Source: Cyanophora paradoxa CCMP329 (taxonomy: Eukaryota > Plantae > Glaucophyta). From it: a stretch of DNA of 64,000 nt. The DNA is taken from assembly GCA_004431415.1 (NCBI GenBank), contig QPMI01000192.1, positions 1 through 64,000 on the forward strand, written 5' to 3'. The notes beneath the pieces were generated by a model. That model was not told the DNA's origin. It did no database searches and saw nothing but the letters and a program-made list of their open reading frames with translations. A program made the translations under genes and the position numbers. Below, one piece after another: positions 1-12,000 of this stretch (position 1 is its first letter; every line of letters begins with the position of its first letter).

Positions 1-3000
1 CGCCGCCGTGCTGCCCCCGGGCAACTACACGCTCCTCCTCCGCCCCGCCACCCTCCAGCAGTCCCCGGCCCCCTCGCTCCCCACTTCCCCCGCTGCCTCT
101 CCTACACCCTCGCCCTGGACGTGCGCCCGCTGGCGGCCAGCGCGCCGGCCCCCCGCCGCCCCCGCCGGCGTCCCCGACGCCGCCGCCTGCTGGCACCGCC
201 TCGCCGCCGGCGCCCTGCTCCTACCCCCTCCCTCAGCGCCCCGGGGTACGCCGCCGCCGGCTCCGACCGCGCCCGCCTCGCCGGGCCCGTCCTCCTCCCC
301 GCTCCTCGTGCGCCCCGTACCCCCTCCCCGATTCCTTGCCCCTCTTGAAGCGCACCCCCGCAGGCGGTTGGAGGCGACCCTGCGCACCACCGGCGCCGCC
401 GTTCTCCGCGTCCGCAGGTGCCCGTACCCCCTTCCGTTCCTCCACCCCCTTTCCCCGCCCGATCGGGCCGGGCTCGCGCGCCAGCGGGGCGGCTTCTGTC
501 GATCCCGACCTGGAGCTGCTGGACGCGACGACGGGCGCCGCCCTCGCCCGCTCCAGGCCCGCCCGCCCGACCGCCCGCCCCCTTCCTTCCCTGTACCCCC
601 CTTCCTTCCTCCCTCCCTTAGCCCCCCGCCAGGTCGCGGACGCCCGGGACGGAGGAGGGGCTCCTGGCGCAGCTCCCCGCGGGATCCTCGGTCCGCCTCG
701 CCGTCACCCTCGGCGTCCCGCCCCCGGCCTCCGCCTACGACCTCGCCTGCCCCGTCCGCCCCTCCCCTCCCCTCCCCCCCGCTCCCTTCGATCTCCCCGC
801 TCCGCTGAGCCCTGTACCCCGCGCAGACGGTGTGGCTGGAGCTGGCGCTGGAGCCGGCGGCCTCGCCGGAGGCGGCGGGGCCGGCCTGCCCGCCCGGGGC
901 CCCCGCCCCGCCGGCCTCCGTCGCCGCCGCGGGGAGCCGCCGGCCGCCGCCCTCGCCGGCCTCTTCGCCCTGCGCGCCGCCTCGGCCGCCCCGCCGCCGC
1001 CGAGGTGCGGTTCTTCGTGCCGCTGCCGGGGGCCCCCGGGGCGGCCTACGCGCTGCGGGCGGCGCTGGAGGCGCCCTTCCTCTCGGGCGGCCTCGTCCTC
1101 GAGCACGTCGGCCCCAGCGGCGCCGCCGCCCTCCTCGCCGCCCCCGCCGGGCCCGCCCCTGGCGCCCGCGCCCTCCCCACCGCCTTCGTCGACCCGGGTT
1201 CGAACCCGCTCGGATCATTCAATCCGATCCGGTCTGACTTCCCGCGGGCCCGCCCCGCGCAGGGGAGCACTTCCTGCGGGTGTACGAGGCGGACCCGTCG
1301 GGGGCGGGCCCCCGCTGCGTTCCCTTCCGCCTCACCCTCCGCCTCGCCCCCTCCGACCCCGCCGCCGCCGCCCGCGCCAACGGCACCTGCGGCCCGGCCC
1401 TGCGGCCCGTGCCTGCCAGCCTGGACCGCCCGGGCCTGCTGGCCCCGGGGGGCCCGCCCCGCCTCCACATCGGCCGCCGCTTCCTCGTGCCCCTCCCCGA
1501 GCGCCGCTCCGAGACGCGCTTCACCGTACCCGGGCCCGGGCCCGCCCTCGTCCGCATCGCCGTGCCCGCCCTTCCCGGCATCGACGCCGACTTCGACCTG
1601 TACTCCCCTTTCCCCCCGCGTCTTTCTCTTCCTTCCGGCTTGATCGATTCCGCAGGTACGCGGGGACGGGGGCGGACCGCCGGCAGGTGGCTCGCCGCGC
1701 GTCCTACTCGGAGGAGGAAGAGGCCCGTACCCCCCACCCTCGCCCGCCTTCCACATCCCGTATCCCTCTGATTATCATCCCCCCCTTCAGGTGGCCGTGG
1801 TCCTCCAGCCCGGCATCCACTCCCTCGCGCGCCCTTTCCATGTTCCGTCGTTTTTTCCTCGTTTCACGTACCCCCCTCAGGTCCTGAAGTTCTACCCCTC
1901 GCCGCCGACGCTGCCGCTGCCGGACCCGCGCTCCTGCCCCTCCTTCTACCTCGAGGTACCCCCTCCCCCAGCCCGTTCGATTCTGGTACCCCGATCCGAA
2001 GCGGGCGGGGCGGCGGCAGATCGCGCTGTCGCCGGTGTCGGTGCTCTCGGCGCTGCCGGCGCTGGCGGGGGCGGGCTGCCGGGAGGAGCCGCCCCCCGAC
2101 TCGCTGCCCCTGGGCGCCCTCGCCGACGCCCGGCGCCACTCCCGCACCCGCTCCAGGCGCCCCCGCCCCCGCCCTCCACCGCGCCCCCGTCTATCTAACG
2201 CCAACGCGCAGCTCGGCGTACGTGCGGGAGGTGCGGTTCGACTTCGAGCGGCCGGGGACGCTGGCCGTGGAGGCCGCCTTCGACTTCCTCGCCTCGCGCC
2301 TCCGCCTCGCCGCCCGCTGCTCGGAGCGCGGCCCGGCCGGCCCCGCCACCCGCGCCCTCCCCGTCCTCTCCCGCCCGGGCCGCGCCTACCTCCGCGAGGT
2401 CCCCTCCCCCCACCTCCCCCCCGTCCTTTAACCAACGCGCCCCGTCTCTCTGGGCAGGGCGTGGGGGCGGGGAACTGCACCGTGACGCTGGCGGACCCGG
2501 CGCCGGCCTTCGGGGGCGCCCCCGAGCTCGCCTTCGCCGCGTGCGCCCTCCAGCCCGCCACGCCTGTCGGGGGCTCTCCCGCCCTTTTAAGAGGGAATCG
2601 AGCGCGCCCGCCACGCCTCTCAGGGGTTCCCTCGCTTGATTAAGATGGAATCGAGCCTGCCTGCCAAGTCCTTTTGGGGTTCCCTCGCTTCATTAAGAGC
2701 CGTGTGAAGCCTGACGCCCGCGCGCGCCCCCCGCAGCTGCGCGCAGTACACGCTGTCGTACCTCTCCGCACCCGGCGGCCCCGCCGGCCCCGCCGGTGCG
2801 CCCTCGCCCGCCCCTTCCTCGCCGCTCGGCGGGAGCCTCGGGCCTCGGTGCCGGCTGACCTTCTCCCATCGTCCCGGGGGCAGCGGGCTGCGAGTCGGCG
2901 GCGCGGCTGCCCACGCGGCTCGACGCCGGCGACGAGAGCCGCCCCTGGGGCGGGCCCCAGGTCCGTCCCCTCCCTCCAGCGTCCCGTACCCGCCCCCCTG

Positions 3001-6000
3001 AAACCGGAGCGCGCAGGCGGCGGACGGCTCCCTTAGCCTCCGCGTCCCCGCGGTGCGCCGCCCCGCTCCTTGTACCCCAGTCTCGCTCTCTAAGACTCGC
3101 CCCCTCCCCCTCCGCAGGCCCTGATCTCGGCGGCGCTGGACTCGGGGGACACCCGCGACACCCTCCTCCTCGCCGCCCCGCAGGCGAGCGCATGTCTCTT
3201 TCTTCTGTCTTCTTTCTTCGCCCTCCCTTGCTGACTCCGGCCCGCGGGCAGGACCTGGTTCTGCGGGCGTTTGCGGCGCCCTCGGCGGCGGCCGGCGCGC
3301 TGACGGACATCGACCTGAGCGTCGCCGCGCCGCCCGAGAACTGCACGGCGGCGGCGGGCGGCCCGGCGGCCTCGCCGGCGCCACGGTCGCGTCGGCGGCC
3401 GGCGGGGACCCGACCGAGTCGCTTGCGTCGGCCCTCCCCGCGGCCGCCTGCCCCTACGCCCTCTCCGTCGTCTATTTCCGCGTCGACCCGGGCGCCCAGG
3501 GGTCCGTTCGCCCCTTTGCCCCCCTCCGTTCCTCTTTCAAAGCCAGCGAGTAATCGCTCCTTGTAATCCCTCAGCTGCCCGACGTTCGAGTTTCTGCTGG
3601 CGGTACCCCCCGCCCCGCCCGCCCCGCCCCAGCCCGCCCCTCCCTCCGCCCTCTGATTCCCTTCCTCCGCTCTCGCAGGTCCGGCCGAAGGCGGCGCTGC
3701 TGGCGGAGCTGGCGTGCCCGCTGGCCGTGCCGGAGTCGCCGATGCCCCCGCCCCGCCTCGTCGCCGCCGGCGACAAGTGCGCGCCCCGCCCCCCGCCGCC
3801 CCGTGGAGAGAGAGTTAGAAAAGAAAGCGTGGAGATAGATAGCGTGGAGAAGCGCCGAGCTAGCTTGGCCGGTCAAGTCATAGAGCCGCGAGCGGTGGTC
3901 TGGCTGAGTGGTGGCTGAATCTCTGGCGGCCGGGGCGGGCAGGTGCGTGACTGCGGCGAGCGACGCGTACCTCGTCACCCCCGCCGTCCTCGCATCCATG
4001 CAGGTCGCCTCCCCCCTCCCCCGCTCCCTCGCCTTCGTTCCTGCTGCTCGGGCTGACGGGGCATTTTCTGGCCAGGCGGGGGGCATCTTCCGCCGGCGCT
4101 ACGAGTACCGCATCGAGATCGCCGTCGAGGGCGCGCCCCCTCCCCTCCCCCCCTCCCCCCCCCCCTTCTTCCCTCCCCTCCTACCCCCCCTCTCATTACC
4201 CCTCCCCCGCAGGGAAGGCGCGGGTCTCGGCGTCGGTCTCGGCCGCCTTCCTCCACGCCGACTTCGCCCTCGCCCTCGCCGACCCCAACGGTGCCCCCGC
4301 CCCGCCCGCCCCGCCCCGCCCCAAACTTTCAAATTATGTATCCTCGCTCTCCGTTTTCCATCCATCTTCCCTCCCGACCTAACGAACGGGCAGGGCGGCT
4401 GCTGGGGCGGTCGCGCCCCGCTGCGCGGGCGGGGCCGGCCCCCGGGGGCCGCGACTTCGGGGCCGACCTCGACGTCCCCGCGACCCTCTACCCCGGCACA
4501 CACGTCCTCACCCTCTCGTCCGCTTCCCAGCCTTCCCCAACGCCCTACCTGGAAGTTCTTAAGCTGACTCTCTCGCGCCAGGCTGGTGGACGTGGCGTCG
4601 CGGCGGTTCGGGGCGCCCGAGGAGCACTGCATCCCCTTCGCCTTCTCCCTCCGCGTCGACCACAGGCGCCCCGCCCCGCCCCGCCCCGCCCCGCCCCGCC
4701 CCGCCGCCCCTCAGATTTCTAGCCGGACCGTCTAGCGTTCTAGATTTCAAGCCAGGCCGTCGCTATCTCGCTGCTCGGCTTGTATTTGGTCCCTCTGAGC
4801 GGCCGAGGACCGCGCAGCGAGGCGGCGCGGCTGGTGTCGGTGGAGCCGGCGGGGGCGCGGGGCGTGGACCCGCGCGCCCCACTCCAGCTCGCCCTCCGCT
4901 TCTCTGAGGACCTCGCCCCCGCCCCCGCCGACCTCCTCCCCTTCCTCCAGGTCCCCGGCCCAGACCCTATCTTCTGCGCTTCTTCTCAGTTTTACTGTCC
5001 CTGCTCGTCTGCAGGCGGCCGGGGCGGTGCAGCTCGAGTGCGAGGGGGCGGCGCTGCGGCAGCCGTCCTACGCCGCCTACGCCCCCGGCTCCCGCGCCGA
5101 GGTCGCCCTCTCCTTCCCCCCGCTCGGCGCCCCCGCCGCCGTGCGCCCTCCCTCCTTCCTCCATCCTCCGCGCCCCTTCCTCCCCCGCTCACGCCTTGAG
5201 CGCAGGCGTGCGAGCTGCGGGTGCGGTCGGAGGCGATGCCGACGGCGCGGGACCCCACCGTACTCTTCGTCTCCGACGGCCAGGTGCCCCCCTCGCCCCG
5301 CCGTTCCCCGCCCCGCCGGCTCGTGCTCGTCCAGCACATCCGCTCTGGCGCGTGCGCCCCCGCTCGGCTCATGATCACCGCCCCCGGCCCGCCCGGCAGC
5401 GGCACGCGTACGAGGCGAGCCCGTGCGACTGTTCGGGCCACGGCGCCTGCCACCTCGAGGGTCCGCCCGCCCCGCCCCGGGGCTCTTTCGGAGCGTCTGA
5501 GGGCGGCCGCAGGGGCGGGCCCGCTCTGCGAGTGCGAGGCGCACTACGAGGGCGACGAGTGTGAGCGCTGCGCTCAGGGGTTCCACTGGGCCGCCGGCGA
5601 CTGCGCGCCCGACGTCAAGGCGCGCGGCCCCGTACCCCCTTTCTTTCTGCTCTTCTAAGTCGCCCTCAGTGCGGCGCGGGCTCGTGCAGCGGCCACGGCG
5701 CCTGCGACGACGCCCGCGGGCGAGCCGCCCCTCACTCTCCCCTCCCTTACCCTTCACTTACCCCCGCACCCGATTCAGGTTCCCCGTCTGCGACTGCGGC
5801 GAGGGGTACATGTCCGTCGGCGGCGGCCAGTGCAACGCCTGCGCCCCGGGCTACTTCGGTCCGCCCTTTTCGAAAGATTTCGAGTAGTACCGTACCCCTG
5901 AGCGCCGCGCAGGGTACCCCTCGTGCGGAAAGGAGGGCGGCGTGGGCTCCCGCCCCTACGCGCAGGCCCGCCGCCGCTCCCTTTCACCCACCTCCGCGCC

Positions 6001-9000
6001 TCTTAGATCTCCACTGACCCCTTCTCGCCTTCCCCCGCAGTGCCCGGACGGGGTCCGCACGCTGCCCCCCTCACTGGACCGCGTGCCCTACCTGCCCTAC
6101 TCCGGCCGCGCCCACCTCTCCGTCCGTCCCCTCGCGCTTCTCGTTTTACTCCTTTCCGGCTTCTCACCCGTACCCCCCAGGGCGCCTGGTTCATCGACCT
6201 CGCCACCATGCGGGCCGAGGCGCGTCTGCCGTACCCCTCCCCTCCGACCCCTCTCACCCCCGTACCCCCCAGGTGACCTTCACGGCGAAGGAGGCGACGC
6301 TCGTCCGCGTCCACGCCGGCGCCGGTACCCCCCGTCTCCTCCTCCCCCACCATTTCTTCCCCCCGAGCCTGAGCGGCTGCGGCCCCGCAGCGGCGGTGGA
6401 CGTCGACGTCGCCCTCTTCGACTCCTCCTCGCCCCCCGCCGCCCTCGCCAAGGTCACCCGTACCCCCCGCTCTTCCCCTGTCTCCGTCCTCGCCTCAGGG
6501 AGGGAGTACAGACGTCGGCGGAGTACGCGGAGGAGGCGCTGGAGGCGCACGTGGGGCCGGGGGCCTACCGGCTCGTCTTCCAGGCCCGCCCGCGCCCCTT
6601 TCTCCCTTTGTTTCTTTCTGCCTGTCTCTGAGTCCCGGCGGGCAGTATTACGACTTCGACGGGCGCGCCGCCGACGCCGGGCCCTGCCCCGCCTTCCCCG
6701 CCGAGGCCCGTACCCCCCGCCCTCTGTTCCCTTTGCCCGCCCCCGGGGGCGCTTCTGAGCACTTCGTGCGCAGATCCTCGTGGCGCCGTACGCGCCGCTG
6801 GCGTCCCTCGCCGCCGGCCTCGCCGCCGCCGCCTGCCCCGCCGCCGGCCCCTCCTCCCTCCCCTCCTTCCCCCCCGCCGGCATCGCCGTATCCCCGCCCG
6901 AGCACGGCGGCGGGGGCGGAGAGCACGGGGGCCGGAGGGGCGAGGGCCCGCCCCCCGCCTTCCTCTACGAAACGCCCCGGGGTACGTCGTTCTGGACATG
7001 GAACCTCCCGGCGCCCTCGGGCCCCACGGGGGAGGTCGAGCCCGGCCCGCGCTTCCTCTTCGCCGTACCCCTCTCGGTGGCGGGGGCGCCGCGCCGCGTC
7101 GCCCGCGCCCGCGTCCGCCTCGGCCACCGGTCCGCTCTCCGCTTCTTCCCTCCTTCCGTTCTTCCTTCCCGCCTCTGTCCGATCTTTCTTTGCCCTGCCG
7201 CAGGTTCGAGCTGGGGGCGCTGGGGGCGCTGCTGGTCGCTGTGCCCCCGCCGGGGGCGCCCCCCGTCCCCTCCGGCTCCGCCCTCCTCGCCGCCTGCGCC
7301 GCGCCCCCGAAGGCCCGCCCCGCCCTCGCCTCGCCTCGCCGCCGCCCTTCAGAGCCTTCTCTTACACTCCCGTCTCATGCAGGACCCCGACGACGGCTTC
7401 GGCGACGACGAGGAGGAGGGGGGGGGCGCGGGCGGGGGCGCGGGGGCCGTGGAGGGGGCGCCGCGGTGCGCGCTGGGGGCCCCGCAGCGCAACGAGTTCG
7501 TCGTCGAGGCCGACCTCCTCCCGGGTGCGAGCGAGCGCCCCCGCTGCCCCTGGCCGCGAAGAAGAGGTTTAGATGCTTAGCGCGCCTCGCCCCACGCCCC
7601 TCCCGAGGGCCGCCAACTCCTTGAGCGCTCTTTGCTCGATCTTCTACGCATCTTAGTCTCTTCTTCCCCACCCACCCCCCGCCTTCCCCCTTCCCCGAAC
7701 GCCCCTCCAGGGAGCCGCAGACCTCTCTCCCTCTTTGGCTGCCCAGCTCCTCCTCCTCCTCCTCTCGAGTGCCCCCCTCACGCGCGCCGCGCCGCCAGGT
7801 AACTACACGCTGCACGTGTACCAGCCGCGGGCGGGGAACGCGAGCTACGCACCCTGCGCCCCCTTCGAGCTCTCGTGCGCCCCGGGCGCCCCCGCGAGCG
7901 AGCCTCCGGCCCCAGGCCTCGAGCCCGGGCCCGGCGCAGGGTCCGCGTGGATTACCAGCCGGTCGAGGAGGACCTCTTCAGGTACGCCCCGGCCGCCCCC
8001 GGGGCTCCCCTCTTGCCTTCGCTTGTAACAACGGGGCCGGCAGCTGCGGGGCGCGGCGCCTGCCAGCCTCCCTCAACGCCCCCGGCTACATCGGGCCCGA
8101 CGGTGCGCGGCGCCGCCCCTCCACCCGCCCCCACCCCCCCTCGCCCCGCTCAACAACCCCCCCCATCCCTTCCCCCGCCCCCCAGGGACGCTGTTCGTGG
8201 AGGACGACTTTGTTATCGACCGCGGGGAGCGCTCCGTCGACGTCCCCTTCGCCCTCGCCCGCCCCTCGTCCGCCCCCGCCCGCCCCGTCCCGTCCCGCCC
8301 CGCCCGAGCCGCCTGGCTGGCGCCCCGGCCTCGCCAGCGGCGCCTGACGCCCCCGCAGGCTCTTCCGGGCGTACCACGGCCCCCACGCCGTCGACATCGA
8401 CTTCGAGGTCTCAGCCCTCCCTTCGCTTCCGCCCCTGCGCCCCTGTGCCGACCCGCGTCCCGCTGGCGGCAGCTGTACGAGGCGGGGCCGGACGGACAGG
8501 CGGGGAGGCGCCTGGCGGCCGCCCTCGAGCCCCGCGCGGAGGAGACCCTCTTCCTTGAGCTCGCCCCCGGTGCGCCCGGGGCAGAGGGAGAGAGAGAAGA
8601 GTAGGGGAAAGAAGACCCCTGAAATGCCGCTGTGCGCAGGGCGGTACGTGCTGAGCGTGGTGTACTACATGGCGCGGCGGCGCGACCCCGCCGCCTTCTG
8701 CTCCTCCTTCCGCCTCGCCCTCGCCCTCGCCCCGCTGCCCCTGCCCCTCCTCTCCGCCCCCCGCTGCCCCTCCACCGGCGTCGAGGTACCCCCCCGGGGC
8801 CCCATCCCCTCCCCCCTGTCGCTTTTTGAGCCGAACGCTTATCGCGGCTCCGCGCAGGTCCTCCCGCGGCTGCCCTCCCCGGCCCGGTTCCCGCTCGAGG
8901 CGGCGGGGGGCACGGGGTACACCGCCAACAACGAGACTGACAGCCCCGTCATCGCCCAGTACCCCCTCTCCCTCACCCTGGTCACATCCCCTTCCTTCCC

Positions 9001-12000
9001 TCCGCCCCGCCGCTCGCCGGCTGACGTGCAAGGCCCCGCGCGCAGCCCCTCACGGTGGTGGAGGTGGAGGTCCGGCCCAGCGCCCCGCCCCCGCCCCGAG
9101 CGACCCTCGCCTCGCCGAGTTGAGTCGATCTCTGAAGCGCCCGCCGCCGCCTCCTCCCCCTCGCGCCTCCTCAGGTGGCGAGCGAGTTCCTGACGGCGGA
9201 CCTCACCGCCGTCCTCCGCGCCCTCCCGGAGGCCCGCCCCGCCCCGCCCCGCCCCGCCCCGCCCGCCTCCCCCGCGCCCGCCCCGCCCCGGCCTTGCCTG
9301 ATGCGTTGGGCAGCAGGAGGGCCGGCGGCACGGGGGGCGGGAAACCGCCGCCCCCATCCGCGCCGTCCGCGCCCGCTCCTCCAGTGCGCCCGCCCGCCCG
9401 CCTCGAGACCCCCGTCCCCCCAGGAGCCTCTGAGCGCTTGCGCGGCTCTGCAGATCGCCTGGTTGCGAATGTACCACGGGGCAACTACACCCTCGCCATC
9501 GAGCGCCGCGCCTTCCTCCTGCCCCCGGGTCCCTCCCTCCCGCCCCGCCCCGCCCCGCCCCGCTCCTTCCCCTTACTTTCTTTCCGCCAGGCCCGCCCTG
9601 CCTGGAGTTCCACCTCTCGGTCTCCCTGCGGGCCCCGCCCCTCCTCATCTCCCGCCCCAGCGACGCCGGGGCCGCCCCCGAGGCCCGCCCGTCCTGCCCA
9701 TCCCCCCTCTTCCCTCCCCCTCGTCCTCTTCCCCTAACACCCTCCCCCTTGCAGGGCTGCCCGGCGTTCGCCACGGCGCTGCCGGGGAGCCTGGAGGGGC
9801 CGGAGCACGTGGGCGACGACGGCCGCGTCGACCTCCTCGGCGAGGCGAGCGCCCGCCGCCGCGAATTTCCTTTAGAGCGCAAAGAACACAAAGCTTAGTC
9901 TCTACAGAACACAAAGCTTAGTCTCTACAGAACACAAAGCTTAGTCTCTAGAGAACACAAAGCTTAGTCTCTACAGAACACAAGGCTTAGTCTCTAGCCT
10001 AGTCGAACATAAGCTTAGCTTCTTTCTTTCGTGCAGAAAACTTAGTCCTGTCCTTCGGTTAGGAGATAAAGCGTAGTCTCTGGCCGGGCCAAGGGACACG
10101 GAACGCCGGCATCTAGTGGCCGTCCCTCCCGGATGCCCTCCGTTCCCTCTCCTCTCGCCCCGCCTGACCCCCGGCCAGTTCCTGATTCCCGAGATGGAGT
10201 TCGGCGCCCGCCAGACCGTCAACGTCTCCGTGCCCCAGGCCCGCCCGTCCCTGCCGGCCCCTCTGCTCCATTTCAGGTCGGCGCGTCTTACGGCTGCTGA
10301 CCGCAGGCCTCGCTCCTGCGCGCCTACGTCGAGCGCAAGCGCGTCCCCCACGCCCCTCACCCGCCCCCTTGGCCCCCCCCCCTCCTCCCTGACCTCCCCT
10401 TCCTCCCGGGCAGCGCGGTGGACATCGACCTCGCGCTGGTGAACCGGGGCCGCCCCGAGGACGACCCTTCGCGCTCCATCGCCTCCTCCGGTGCGCGTAC
10501 ATCGCCCACGGATCGCCCAGACAGGGCTAGGCGAGACTGGCGGGACTGGACAGTAGCTTGCAGCTTGTTCTCCTCCTCTCGCCGGACTGCCCAAACGAGC
10601 TGGGGCTGCCGACTACTACGCCTAGGCCGCAGCTTGCAGCTCGTCCTCCTCCTCATCACAGCACCCGCCCCCCTCCCCCGCAGCGTCCTTCGACGACGAG
10701 GAGGCGATCGTGTACCCCCTGGAGCCGCGGGTCCTCTACACGCTGGAGGTGACCTTCTACCGCTGGGGCCCGAGCCCCGCGGCACAGGACGCCTGCCCCC
10801 GCTTCGTCCTCCACCTCGCCGTCGCCCCGGTCCGCCCCCCCGCCCGCCTCGTCCATCCTCCTCCTTCTTCTTCTTCTTCTTCCAAAATCGCTTCTTTTGC
10901 TTCTTCAACTAATGATTCAGCTTGTGTTTTTGATTCTTCGTCCTGCTCATACGATCTTGACCTTCCCGACTCGCCTCTGACCTCGAGCCCTCTCCCTCCT
11001 TCCAGGCGGTGCCGCCCCCGGAGGCAACGTGCGCTCAGGGCGGCCTCGAGATCCTGCCCCCGCAGGCCCGCCCCGCCCCCTCCCCTCCCCTCCCTTGGAA
11101 CTTCTACTTTAGCGCCTTTGTTCTCTGCTGAGACGAACTTCTCTGATTCATCACCCCTCTGTCTCCACTGAGTGCCGCGGACGCCGCCGCATGCGCAGGT
11201 CCCGCCCTCGATCCGCCTCGGCATCGACGACTACGAGTCCGCGCCCCTTTGCCATTCCTTCGTTCTGCCTTCTGCTCCCGCCTGACCTCGTACCCCGCGG
11301 GCAGGTACGAGAGCGAGGGGGCCGGGGGCGGCCTGCGGCTGCAGCAGCGGCGCGGCGAGGCGCGCCGCTTCGACATACCCCTCGAGATCGCCGCCCCCGC
11401 CCGCCTCTACGCAGAGGTGCCGTACCCCCCCCCCCCCCCCCCCCCTCTGACCCCCTGTTTCTCAGGTCGGCTCGGATTTCCTCACCGCGGACCTGAACCT
11501 GCGCCTCTTCGCCCTCGGGGGGGACCCCGGCCTCCTCGACCGGGGCGACCGAGGGGACGACCCCCTCCCCGGGGAGGACCTCGGCGCCGGGTACGAGCGC
11601 GACGGCCGCTCCCTCCTCGCCTTCGACTCCCTCGACCCGGGGTACGCCCTCTCTCTTCTCCTCGGCTCAGATGAGCCTTCTTGAGTCAGAGCCCGGCCGG
11701 CTCCGCGCGCAGGCGGTACGTGCTGCGGGTATACGAGCCGGCGGCGAACGGCGACGGCCCGCGCTGCGCCCCGTTCGCGTTCCGCCTGCGCGTGGCCCCC
11801 GCGGGGGCCGCGGGGGCGCGGTACCCCTCCCCGGCGGGCCTCCTGCAGCTCCCGCCCTCGCTGGACAGCGTCGCGTTCCTGGGGGTCGCCCCGGCCCCCG
11901 GCAAGGCCCGCGCCCTTCCCGCCCTGGTCCGTACCCGCATCCTCCCGCATCCTCCCCCACTCTTCTCTTCTCATCCTTGGCCGGGCAGGCGGTGCACGCG

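Noticed and set aside
9883-9997. CRISPR array
   Set aside because: The units are head-to-tail with no unique spacers, lie in a eukaryotic intron, and no cas genes are present.
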